A stretch of DNA of 64,000 bases from Acanthaster planci (taxonomy: Eukaryota): positions 1,210,529-1,274,528 of the forward strand of contig NW_019091360.1 of assembly GCF_001949145.1 (NCBI RefSeq), in the 5' to 3' direction. Below, piece by piece: positions 52,451-64,000 of this stretch. The notes beneath the pieces were generated by a model. It was not told the DNA's origin. It saw only the letters and a program-made list of their open reading frames with translations, and did no database searches. The stretch's first letter is position 1; each line of letters begins with the position of its first letter. The translations under genes and the position numbers were made by a program.

Positions 52451-54189
52451 TGCATTATACTTGGTGTGTGTGCGTTTCGTTCATTAATTTTTCGATTTGA
52501 AACTGAAAATAAAAAATATTTCATTGTAACCGGTTTTTTCCGTCTGTGTTTTCGTTACAGGAATATGTTCGTCGCTTGAACCCATTTCCAGGATCGGTAA
52601 AAGTGGAAAAGCTGAGTCAGCTCCTCTCACACATTGCCGTATATAAGGATAAGCTTTCTCTGTTAAGACAAGAAGCTCGGTGATTGAGGCATGGAACCAG
52701 CTAGAAGAACATGACAAGAGTTCCCAGAAATTTCAGTCCCGCCATAAGTCTCGTTGGGGGAACACATTGTATGGCCGAACGAAAGGGGATCTTGAGGAGG
52801 CAGCCATAAACACAGCAAGTCAAATTCCGAAACCGTTATACACCAACATAGGTAATTGATCAATGTGAAATGAACTAGGCTTATGCACTGCGTCATGAAG
52901 CGCATCTGGTGTTGCGTTCTGGTGACGTCTCATCGCCTGGGAAGTCAAAGATTACTAACCAGTATGTTATGAACGCATGCAGCAAAGAGTAATGGAAAGG
53001 GATTCCATCTTATGCAAACTGAATATTCCTCTTAAAGTAAACTCAAAATGTGTCTGGGAATACGTTTTCTTAGAGGTTTTTGCAAGCACAAATGCAACAA
53101 GTAAAGGCAACATCATTGCATAACCACAGTGTATCAACTGACCAACTACCTGATGCCCCAGAGCTACCGTGGAAGAACCAGAGACAACATACGTGGACAC
53201 TGAGATACCCAGCAAATGTGACGAAAGCAAGACATGATGCAAGTTGCCATCCGTCCACTGTTTGGTCTTCTGGTTTCTAAACTGAACCCTCAACTGCTTC
53301 TTCATCACAACTCATTGCCTTCTCTAGTTCTTTTCTTGATTGTGCGATGATTAAAGACACCCTGGACTTCAGATGAAAAGGACAATATTTTTACCCCCAA
53401 AACCAAGTAAGGAAAGCATTCCCCTTTAATCCTTGCGGCAAATTGTTACAAGGCCAGAGGAAATATCACCAGAAGTTATTTTGTGAATACACAAAGCAGA
53501 TCTCAGGTCTCATAAACAAGGGGATTTCTCAAGTACGATCACTTTAAGGCTGTTCTTGAACTACTAGGATCAGCTAATCATGATCCTGATCCTACAAACC
53601 GTATTTTTGCTCATCTGGTTCTTTATGCTGCATTTATTTCACGCATACATTTTTGTATATTTTCTTTAATTTCTTAATATTCCTTACGGGTCCGTGATTG
53701 ATTTGAAAAGTATTGCCACCAACTGCTTCCGGGCATTAGCAGAGTTTTGTGAATCTCAAAACAAAAATATTCGGAGCCCCCCGACTGATCAAAATCTGGA
53801 AGTCATGAAATAATTACCTTGCATGATTAGCTACTAAATCTGCACGGATATCACAGAGGATATCACAGACACTTTGAATTGATGCTTTCCCAGCGGTTGA
53901 ACTATCAAATCTTCCCCAAGTGTCAGCAAAAGTTTGAATAGAACAAATACATACGCAAGGAGTGAAATATCACAGCACAGAATCTGTTGCAGGTTCTTGA
54001 AATGTAACCCATCTTTAGCTTTGTAACCTTTCACCCTTGCTCTCTGAAAGCACATTAAGACAATGATACCAACTTTTCCGTTTCATAGTGTTTTTCATCA
54101 TACCAACAATCTGAAGTGCTTTATAATTACAATTATTATCCCATTCTTTAGGACAAGACCAGTCAGCAGCATGCAAGGTCTGCCCTAAC

Positions 54190-54320
54190 AGGTATCCACT
54201 ATTACATCTGGGTAGAGAGAGGCAAGTAAGGGTAAAGCAACTTACCCAAGGTCACGATTTGTAACCAGCTGCTCATGTTGAACCCCATGATCAGGAGTCC
54301 AAAACCTTAACCACGAGGTG
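54190..54320 (-). mobile_element. Degenerate tRNA-derived SINE fragment
   Basis: ctgggtagagagaggcaagtaagggtaaagcaacttacccaagg...ttgaaccc resembles 56270-56410 and common marine SINE2 bodies. Confidence 0.45.
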
Positions 54321-54488
54321 ACATGCTGCCCCAACATGCAACTGTGAAAGTGCTTTGGAGGGTGTCCCTGAGCATATGACGACTTCCAAGCAGCAAAAGT
54401 AGTGCCATGTCTATACCTTCTCTGTCACTATGCCCAGATTTCCCCAAGGACTGTACTCCTTGCAACGAACTTCCCCATTCTCACTACA

Positions 54489-57400
54489 TCAGCTGGGGAC
54501 TTCCTCCAAGTTGCTGTCTCCTCCATCTGCTGCTGCTGCCTTGATCATCTGGGCCTGCATAGTAGCCAGCTGCTCTTTGGCCTTCTGGGAGACTTTGCTG
54601 GCCACAGCCAGCTGGGCCTGAACTAGCTGAAGATGCTGTCCAGCTGTCAAAGCAGAAAGCTCAGCATCTAAAAAGACAGGAAACAATTTATTCTGATCTT
54701 ATTAAACATACCTCCCTTGGAAATTTTGCTTAGCAAAACAATGCAATAACATAAGGCAGTGCACCAGAACTGGTTACCTGGATACCCAGCCAATCCTGCT
54801 AGGAGTCGGATCTACATTATTCAACAAAGGTTCTCTTGCCAACTTTACAAATTGCTTTGTAATCCTGAGACAATAAACAGAGAAAGGTTCTTAATTCCAC
54901 TTGTTGAGAATTTCCAACATAAAGCACAGACAACAACAAAAATAAATGGAAGAGGCTTCCAAAATGAATGATGCAAGACACCTGTAAAGCTCGTTGTTCA
55001 CACTTCATTGTTCACACTACCTTGCTGTGTAGGGTGTATCAATGTAACATTATGGTACTATCATACAGATCTTAATCAACTACCTGTACAAGTACATCTA
55101 TTGGTTTGCTTTTAATAAATCTACCCAGGTAACCATATAACTTCAGTTGGTTACCCAGTTCCCTCAAACCTGTAAATGCAGAGCCCCAATCTATTTGCAG
55201 AAGTGTATTAGTTCATTCGTTGCACTGGAACAAAATTGGGACATTACACAGTATGCAAACTCCTAGTGGATACACTGTACAGTGTTAACAAAGCAAGCAG
55301 TGCTCTTCGTAACAGGTAAGGAAGTTGAGAGGAATAACTGAAGAGTTTCTGAATATGAGAACAGTTAAGCATCACTCTTGGGCTGCTGGGGTGAAAGACT
55401 AACATGTAAATGATACTTTCAAATACTCTCTTCCACATTGCAAGATACAGAGTTTGCAAAAAGATCCTTTCGACTAGAATAAGTGGTAAGTTAACAGTTG
55501 GCACATTTAAGGTAGCCTTGGAAACCATGATTTCTCAGGACCAAGTTTGTTAATCTTTGCAAATGTTAGTATGGGTTAACAACTAATAGCTTATAACAAC
55601 TTATAACTCTAATTCACAACTTAAGTGAAAACAGAAAACTCAACATCATGTTCAACCATTTTTTAGAGAAACAATCCCAGGAGAAAAATTCAAAAGTGGA
55701 GAGATTAAATTGTCCATTTACCTGCCTGATATGCTGCTTCAGCTGCTCGTTCAACAACCAAGATGGCTGATGTCAGCATAACATTAGCATCCTATGGGTC
55801 AACAAGAGAAAAAAACTGTCATGCAAGGGTGTTCAAAACTTTAAAAATATTTGATGCCTGAATAAATCCCTATGACTGTTGATATTCGATCATGTGTAAC
55901 TGAATTACATGGCACAGCCAAAATGCAAAAATGGAAGTTCCATACCATGTAGTCTCACTTCACAGTCACAAGAAATTTTTGAACTCATAGGTGAGGCACA
56001 GATTTTTTTCAAAAGTATTGATGCACTCGCGCATAGAAATTTAGCCGTTTAGTGGCATGCACCCTGTGGAAAAGTTGCATGTGCCTGCCAAACAGGACCT
56101 AAGCTGAGCCCCTAGGCAAAGCAGAAGACAAGTTGTTGTTATCCTTGCCTTAATGGGCCAAGAAACATTCCTATGAACCATCTCACCTCCCCAGGGAATA
56201 CACAACCATCATTACAACCATTTCGGGTGCTACTGGGCAATCAACTACAATCACCCTTTCTGTCCTCACGGGTACCTGTTTCTACTCCTGGGTGGAGAGA
56301 GGGATATGAAAGTAATGTGACTTGCCCAATGTTGGAGTGTATCACCTAGCACAGGGTTTGAACCTCAACACTACAACTCAGAGTTTCAAAACCCTCCCAA
56401 CATGGCCATACTTTTACGTCCCAACAGGTAGGCCACACGTTCCCTACTTTCAACTGCTCTCGTACATGTACCGGTACCTCGATTGCTTGCATTTTGTTGT
56501 CAATTTCTACCCGTTGATGAATGATGTCTTGCCAGAGGTCATCTTCCTGTGCAGGTGTGCCAACAAACTGGGCATGGTCTTCCAACAGCAATCTCAATGA
56601 TGTCACCATCTGTAACAAATAAATGTACATTAATAATAAAAATATATATGAACACATTATTTAAACCAAACAATGGAAAGATAGTCTGGTTGCTGCAACT
56701 GACAAAATTCAAAACACAACAAAACAAAAAAACCTGAGCATATGATATGAGATTTGGTCTCCAAATAACTTATACAAAGCAATAGCATACACAAAAACTA
56801 TCCATAAACCTCATAGCTGTCATGCGAAATCACACCTTCAAGTGTTTGAGTTACTGCATAGTTGTAGCTTCTTACACAGCCAGTGTGGCAATTTTAAGCA
56901 TACAAATACCTATTGGCAAATTAGGGCTTTTCAATCTTGACGCCTGTACATTGTGCTGCGATAGAAAGGTAAAGGGAAAAAGACTTTGATGCAGTATTCT
57001 TTGAGCTTACCTCTGCATATTCCTTACGCAGTGAGATAGCTGCCAAGGCAGAATGAGTGAGAAGTATGCAAGATGAATCAACAGCGATGGCGGCAGCATT
57101 CTTGATCAGCTCATGATGACTTAAGGATCCTGCATCGCTCTAAGGATTGCATTATTATGAGACATCAGATATACTGTCCAGGTGAAGAAGTTTTCTTGGA
57201 CACATTTTCTGTGCAGCCTTCTACTCTTCTTTTAATGTCAAACCATATAAGACATCCTTTTGGGATTAACTGTATTGAGAAGTGTTTTAAACTTCCGTGT
57301 ACATTTACTGTTCAAATTCTTGAGACAGTCTAAATTAGTGTACACAAAGAACAGAAAATCAATTAATAAAACCACTATAGAAAAGGAGGACAAATTGTTT

Positions 57401-59172
57401 GAATAAATAATTGTAGAGGAGGTAATCATTACAAGTATGCTCATGAAGGCACAATATGTATGATGACCTACAGCTGCATGCTGAATTTCATATTGGGTAC
57501 ATTAAAAAGACATTTCCAATTTCACGTTTGGAATAAACATCTGATGTTTCCAAAACCCAAATACATATACTCGATTGTGCCTTCCAAGCCATAACTTGAG
57601 CAATCAATTTTTAAATTTTAACCACGGTAATGTAAAAAATTGAACTTGCTATTTTTGTCAGTGAAAATTAAGCTGAGTAAAGAAATATCAGGGTTGCAAT
57701 CTGTCACACCTGGAGTGATGTAGCAGAGCCTTGATGGGCCGAGGAATGTTTATCATTACTGCTGAGTGGCACACAAGGTATGGCTGACAGCAACACACCC
57801 CCAGTGCCTAGACCACAGAGCCTGACAAGCCAGGGTCGTAAGAGTGATGTGGCTTGCACCCTTGGAGGTTGCAGGCAATGACTTGATGGGATGCATACTG
57901 CTTGCCGTTGATACAATACTGACCAAAATCTGTACATGTATGAATATTAATTACCACTGAAATTTATTATTACGTTTTATGCAGAACAGTCACAAAACAT
58001 CACATATTTCAGACAATCTGATGTCACTTTTTTCATGCATTATCTCAATAAAGGCTACTTATTGCAACAATGGTGAAAAGACATAAAGCAAAGAATAGGT
58101 ACGAATACAAATTTGTATTTGTTGGTCTTCATTCTGAATTCAGATTTTCTAATGCATTAATTTGATCAGTGGTCATTTGATCACAGAAGTGTCAATGTTC
58201 TCCTTATTCCTGAAAAATTTCAGTAAATTAAAAATAAATGCTCTCAAATCACATAACAGATGACAAATAGGTAGTCTGGGAGTAGAACTTCTATGGGATG
58301 ACTATTTTATCTAGTTCACAGATCAAGTAAGAGTTCACACCTGGTTATCACTTGACACCCTCTGAACAAACCCTATGAATTTCACTGGTCTGAAAAATTC
58401 CAAGTGTTTTCTTAGTACATACATGTAAATGCTTCAATCTTTCCTAGCTTAATTTTGTTTACATGTATTTTATAGACAAAATATCGCTCTCTGGTGGCTG
58501 AAGCACATGTATTACTGCAGGGAAAACCAGTGATGTCTGTATGGAATTCTTCCCTAGGATAAGAGCAATGTCTTAATCATTCCTTATTCCTCAATGGTCA
58601 TGGTTACCTGTTTTGCGCACGTGTTTTTACTACAGCGACAGCAAAACATGAAGAGACCTTGTGAAATTAACAGAGGTTTGTTTTCAAATGTTGCAAATGT
58701 AACTGGGAAAACATGTACACACAAGCGTTAGAAATGTTGTTCTGAGGTGTTTGTGAAGACAGAAAGGACAACAGGATTCATTTGTCTTTCTTATATTTAT
58801 TAAATTTCTTTTTTCTAAGTTACCAATAAAAATGTTTCGGTCAGGGCGAAAAATTTGGGTCGGTCGGGAAATCGGAAGCATTGTTTTAGCCTTTGAAAGT
58901 TGGATTCTCCGACCGTCAGACTGTTATTTGGGTACTCAAACGTCGATGTTTTTATATGTTGCATCTTGGCCTATGCCTCTGTTACAAAAGAAGCGAAGTG
59001 GAAATGGGGCCAAGTGGGGATGGGGTGAAGTGACCGACACCCACCATGACAATCAATGCAAAACTGCAATTACTGTAACCATAGAGCTACATACCCAGCT
59101 AGCTCTGTAACCTACGTGTACATACATGTACCTTTCACAAAACACAAAACGTTTTAAGCCACGGCAAGCCAT
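54489..59172 (-). CDS. DIABLO: DIABLO/Smac homologue (mitochondrial IAP antagonist), ~256 aa
   Basis: Exons 59172-59132, 57929-57710, 57139-57011, 56609-56478, 55791-55722 and 54667-54489; all GT-AG, phases 2,0,0,0,1, total 771 nt. Colinear with Smac: GGVLLS-AIPC vs GVTLC-AVPI; SLSHHELIKNAAAIAVDS vs SLSSEALMRRAVSLVTDS; EDDLWQDII vs EDEVWQVII; AAEAAYQ; HLQLVQAQ vs HIQLVKLQ. Confidence 0.9.
56270..56410 (-). mobile_element. Degenerate tRNA-derived SINE fragment in a DIABLO intron
   Basis: ggtacctgtttctactcctgggtggagagaggg..gacttgccca..gggtttgaacc (reverse B-box). Confidence 0.5.
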
Positions 59173-61887
59173 TCCTTTTAGAAACTTCAAAAGAAAGGGA
59201 AAAAACACAGCTTCCACTGTTTACTGATGAGACGCTATGACGCACAAAATTGAATTTTCCCCTTTCAATTCTAGAGAAGAAATCCAGTTTTAGAAGTGAT
59301 CTCAACTTCATGACCAGCACGCATTACGTCATAATACACGTGTGTAAAAACACAGCGTTGATGGCGCTGTCTGCTCGAGAGTACATGTAGATGGTGCAAT
59401 TGAAGAAAGCATTTGAAAAGAAAAGGAAAGAGCCAACTCCATATACATGACAATATTTTATTTATCTGGGATTCACCGTTGTTTGGTGTGGCCTACGTGA
59501 GGGACAGATAAGGTAAGATTTAACGATTAATGCGACATTCTTCCCGTTATTTTCGTCAACTGTTATGTTCTAGTCGTTCTTGTACACTGTTTAATTCCTT
59601 TATAACTAAAATTTTACCATTCATTTGCAGCCATATCGTTGGAAAAGGTAGGATTATAACCTGTCGTTTACAGTGAGTGTGAGGCGCATAGGCCTACGTC
59701 AGTACGTGTACATATTGATGTAAGTTGTTACGACTAACGTTACACTTTAAATTACAGCCGTCGTCATTCATGTCATTTTGGTCATAACATTCGCGGCCAG
59801 TGGCCATGCATCTTGAGGCGTTTGTAAACTTCTGGACCTCATTCCTATGTACAGATGTAGAAGGAAGAATTAGATTTAAGCTGTCAGACTCACCTAATCA
59901 GATGACAATCACAGTGACATTATTTTGTCAAACTCCAGGGTTAATTTTGTAGAAAGAGGGCATGGTTTGATTTTGAGGGAAATTAGGCCTATTGGGTAAA
60001 AATGATGATAGACACAGACCGTGTGCGCACGCATCCTCTGAAAAAAAATTGGCGATAATGCCAAAAGGTGCTTGGTAGATTCTCTCTGATTGGTAACTTA
60101 AAAGTATCATTTGAAAGCCGATCTCAGGTTGGTTGAGATGAGCCAAGTAAGACAGAGTATTGAAAATAACAGCTGGACCATATGCACATACGTCCTCAGC
60201 GATATTGTAAAACCAGCTTGTTAGAATGTCAATGATTGGTTACTTTAAAGTTTCCTTAGAAAGTGGATCTCTGATTGCTTAGAAACATGGGAAAGACTGA
60301 TCAGGGAGTAAGAATATTGAAGAGAACAGCCACACATTGCCATGTACAAACAGGGGGTCCCGAAGTTTATAATTCCACATCTTGAACACGTTCCACTTAG
60401 AGGTGTGATCTGATAGGCCTAGTACTGGGTCAGTTGCATGGTTACCTGCTTCATGTAGAAAGTTACTAAGGTAACTCCTGGTGACAGATGGTGGCAAGGT
60501 TTACATTCACGTGTACTTACATTTGGAGGAAAAAAGAAATTACCAGTTCAAATCAGAAAATCTCCTGTCGTTGAGCTCAAGTTGAACTGTTGAAGTTACC
60601 ATTACTTCTTGTTATGGAGTTCAAATTGTATGCAAATGTAGCAGAGCATTGTCGACATCACAAGGCACTGGCCGAGTAGACCATTCATAATTGAGCCAGA
60701 GGAGGGTGCACGCATAAGCTGAAGACTTCCCTGATTGACGTACCTGTAACGTCTGATAGCTGTGACTAAATCGAGATGCTGGACGTTGTGCCATTCAGGG
60801 AAGTCGGCATTGGTGTGCTCACACCATATGCACATGGCACAGTTATGAATGGTTGGCTCAGCTGATGCATCATGACATTGGTCATAGTTCCCCTGGATAT
60901 TAACATACAGTTTAAATCAGTTGTGTTATTTAGTGTCAACATGCACAAAGCGTTAACACGTATAGGATCCTGTCTGCATGCATTTGCAAATGGTTGCTGA
61001 GCTAAGATAAGCTAAGCTGTGAAATAGAATTAAGTAAAATTTGTTTCTTCTGCTGTGAAAAGCCCAGGGTTTATACCTGTGAACTAGTTTGGTATCTAAC
61101 GGCAGATGTGTACCAAAAATGAAGTGCATCCAAGATCATTCTGGAAAGTGTGGCTATATGCCAGCTCACACGTGTTGTTCTTGAATGACCCTGCTGTTTT
61201 GAAATAGCAAATTGGCTCATTTTTAAAGCTGCATGTGAATATTCCTCCTGGGTTATGAAGCCCAAAACTGAGAAAGCACTTTTAATGTTGCCCAAATTTA
61301 CTGTTAACTCCCTCCCTTTGTATTTTGTTTCTAGGAGAATCATTGTAGAGGATCGTCGGTTGTTCTGATTGCACAGGAAACAAGCTCAGTGTCAACATGG
61401 ATGCTCTTTTCGGGCAGCGCAAGATTAAGTTGTCAGCTCTGACTGACTTCTCACAGTTGTAAGTCTAATTGCATCAGATGTAAATGTGTTCGAACCAAAG
61501 ATATTTTTAGTTTTATTTTGACTCATTCAAGCCTGATGAAAACTGACGTAAATATGGTAAGCTGTTCAATGGAGGTGCCTTTTAACATTTTTTTCACATA
61601 GCGCCATCCAGTGACCCCAGTGCCGTTTAAGTGGAAACCGGGCAGCTTTCAAGGTCCCCAAGGTGGTATTCGCCTTATCTTGGCCTTGACTGATAAAAAG
61701 TGGTGGGGTCAGTTTCACTGGCCTTACAATTTACATGAGGTCAGTGCATTAAGAAGCAAACCAGTGCCACGAGGGTACGTTTTTGAAAGGTACACTGTGA
61801 AATCTTCAGTCTCTCTGCCATTGTAGCTTAAAACCTCTCGATTTCCCCACATGTACCTTAATGTTTCATCATTATGCTGTGATATGG

Positions 61888-63264
61888 CAGGTCTGCCAAC
61901 TAGTACGATTTTGGCGTATTTTGTACCAAAAATTGATGAAAATATGACTGTACGTTTAATCACCATAAAATACGGATTTTGATTGTGACACGGACAGAAA
62001 AAAAGAGGGCGCTGTGTGAAATCCAAGCTAAAATAGCTAAAGTGGCTGCAAACAAGACTAAGTCACATGTCATGCAGTTCGATATCGCGAACTCGTAAAG
62101 TAGAGCATTTGTGATTGGTGTACGTGATGTACACATGCCCCTGGTAACGCACATATCAACCAATCGAAATGTCGCATACCAAACCAATCAGCATGCATTT
62201 TGGAGTATACGTTCGTGTGCATGCAAAACAGATCATAAAACTACATGAATGAAGATGGCTTCAACGTCTAAAAAATACACCCAAAAACAGAAACAATCTT
62301 TCAAAAGGGAATATACAGAGAAATTTGAATTCATATTACCTTCCCAGAGAGATAAACATTATGCTTGCTGCACTTTGTGTAGTTATGACTTCAATATCGC
62401 GCATACATTGGCACAGTGGGAAATATGATGTATCTCACTACATCGAAAGCAGTAAACATGGGGTCATGCTATTTAGCATCAACGGGCGTCAACAAAGCAT
62501 CAACTAAATACTCAAGCATTTTTATACAAATATTTTATATTTACGATATTAGTAAGGCTCCTACATATCATATTCAATGTATCATATTATCAAAAATGAT
62601 ATTTGAAGGTGGAAATTTGTGCAACACTCGGGCATGCTCGTGCAGCCTGACCAACCGCCATCTTGTTTTGGCGTGGACAGTAGAGTAAAGAAAGATGGCG
62701 GCCTCCATACATTGCGAAAAAGTTTTGTTTTTCTGCGTGAATCTGGAAGCGAATTCAGTGTTTCTTTACACAGTGGCAGGTCTTAGAGTTTCTAAATTTA
62801 GATAAAACTACTTTTAAATACTCAGAGGGTATTTTCAAGTTGTTGACACTTTGTTAACGCTAGTTCAAGTACTAGTTGTATGTGCTGACGCTAAATAGCA
62901 TGACCAGTAAACACCGTAACATCGCTGAAACGAAGACTGCAACCCACAGCACTGCAGTCCTGTCAGACTCTCTCACAAACAAAATATACACCCAAGCCAC
63001 AGCCAGGCCATGGCAGCAATGCGTACACCAAAATGAGTTGTTGTGTAAATGCAAGAAAGCAACTGCTTTGAGCAATACCAGGAAATTATAGGGTCCGTTT
63101 AAGCCTGCACGAGTAAGTATGAAAGTTCAAATAGTATGTAGTCAGGCAAAGGTACTTATAAGCTTGTCTTTCCTGTTCGTTTGGGAAAATACAGATTTTT
63201 ATTGAAAAATAAACATTTGGAACCTCCGAATACACTTTTGCAATTCTAAAGGTTGGCAGATCTG
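61888..63264 (+). mobile_element. Non-autonomous, internally deleted hAT element
   Basis: TIRs CAGGTCTGCCAAC / GTTGGCAGATCTG (12/13). Residual ORF from 62255: MASTSKKYTQK..CTLCSYDFNIAH/SGKYDVSHYIESSKH zinc finger joined to C-terminal VLSDSLTNKI..LLCKCKKAT. No clean TSD. Confidence 0.8.
62459..62905. mobile_element. MITE family X, copy 2
   Basis: GGTCATGCTATTTAGC / GCTAAATAGCATGACC perfect TIR core; AGTAAACA duplicated at 62451-62458 and 62906-62913. Confidence 0.88.
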
Positions 63265-63659
63265 CATATATGTATTCTTCAAAAGATGAACCAAAACATG
63301 CTCACTCATGCCAGTTTTCAAAACTGCTGAAAGAAAGACCTCGGTCATTTTACCACTTGACACCGGATGACAAAACACAAACAATTTTTCCTTAACTGTT
63401 CCAAGGAGGACGTAGACACTCGTTTAAGAATCCTTTTTTTCATTTCCGCGGTTAGTGTACATGTACGTGTATCAACACATCATGCTTGGTTGGGTCAAAG
63501 CATGGAAGATGATCCTACACACGAACTCTGTTACTAAGTAGCCCCACCCCCAGCCAACATTAAAACAGAAGTACCCTTTTTGAGTAATTAGAATTGAATG
63601 GGAGCGCCCACACCATACACAAAAGAGCTAAGAGGATTAAAGGCCTCCTTTGTTTTGGA

Positions 63660-63730
63660 AAGCCAATTTGCTTGGGAGTGTTCAAAACTACACTAAGCCA
63701 ATTTGCGAGGGAGTGTTCAAAACCACACGA
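63660..63730. repeat. Two-copy ~36-bp tandem repeat
   Basis: agccaatttgc..gggagtgttcaaaac.acac occurs twice. Confidence 0.75.
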
Positions 63731-64000
63731 GAGATAAGGTTACAACTAGCAACTCCTTGGAATCAAAACATCATACATTATAGACCTTTCATATGTGAAT
63801 CGGTTGACGTGTAAACATGCACCACAATTTTTACCTGGGCAGTTGAAAAACAGGGAAAAAAATGAAAATACTGATGCCTAAACTCAAGAGCTGTGCCTCC
63901 CTGCATATTTCAAGGGCGTCAAATAAGTTCCAACATTGAAGAATATGCGCAGAAAAAACCCTGCCCCCAGCAGCTTTTTCAGGTAAGAAAATCTGATGTT

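Noticed and set aside
58608..58658. Extra DIABLO cassette exon (good donor CAG/GTAACC)
   Set aside because: Its open frame needs phase-0 entry, incompatible with the phase-2 exon 1; exon 1 joins 57929 directly.

Overview
Eukaryotic (animal) genomic DNA with spliceosomal introns and one assembly gap (35737-36092). It is probably from a marine invertebrate deuterostome such as an echinoderm; this is an inference from gene and TE content. (1) 4-20 kb: tandem cluster of three + strand Golgi carbohydrate sulfotransferases (Sulfotransfer_2, CHST11/13/14-like) sharing the same exon/phase architecture. (2) 27946-45732: a decayed PIF/Harbinger-ISL2EU (PHIS, Pangu-like) DNA transposon with 40-bp TIRs and AT flanks, expanded to 17.8 kb by nested insertions: a full-length DD35D pogo with a C-terminal PHD finger, an intron-containing zf-BED hAT, a MITE, a Gypsy LTR+PBS+gag fragment and two more hAT relics. 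(3) 46-59 kb, - strand: a canonical U1 snRNA, an intact 3-exon MADF-BESS gene, a strongly diverged U1-like Sm-class RNA candidate lacking the 5' splice-site recognition sequence, and a 6-exon DIABLO/Smac homologue with a variant AIPC IAP-binding motif. (4) 61.9-63.3 kb: an internally deleted hAT carrying a second copy of the same MITE. All calls come from manual reading and remembered family motifs; no database searches were run.
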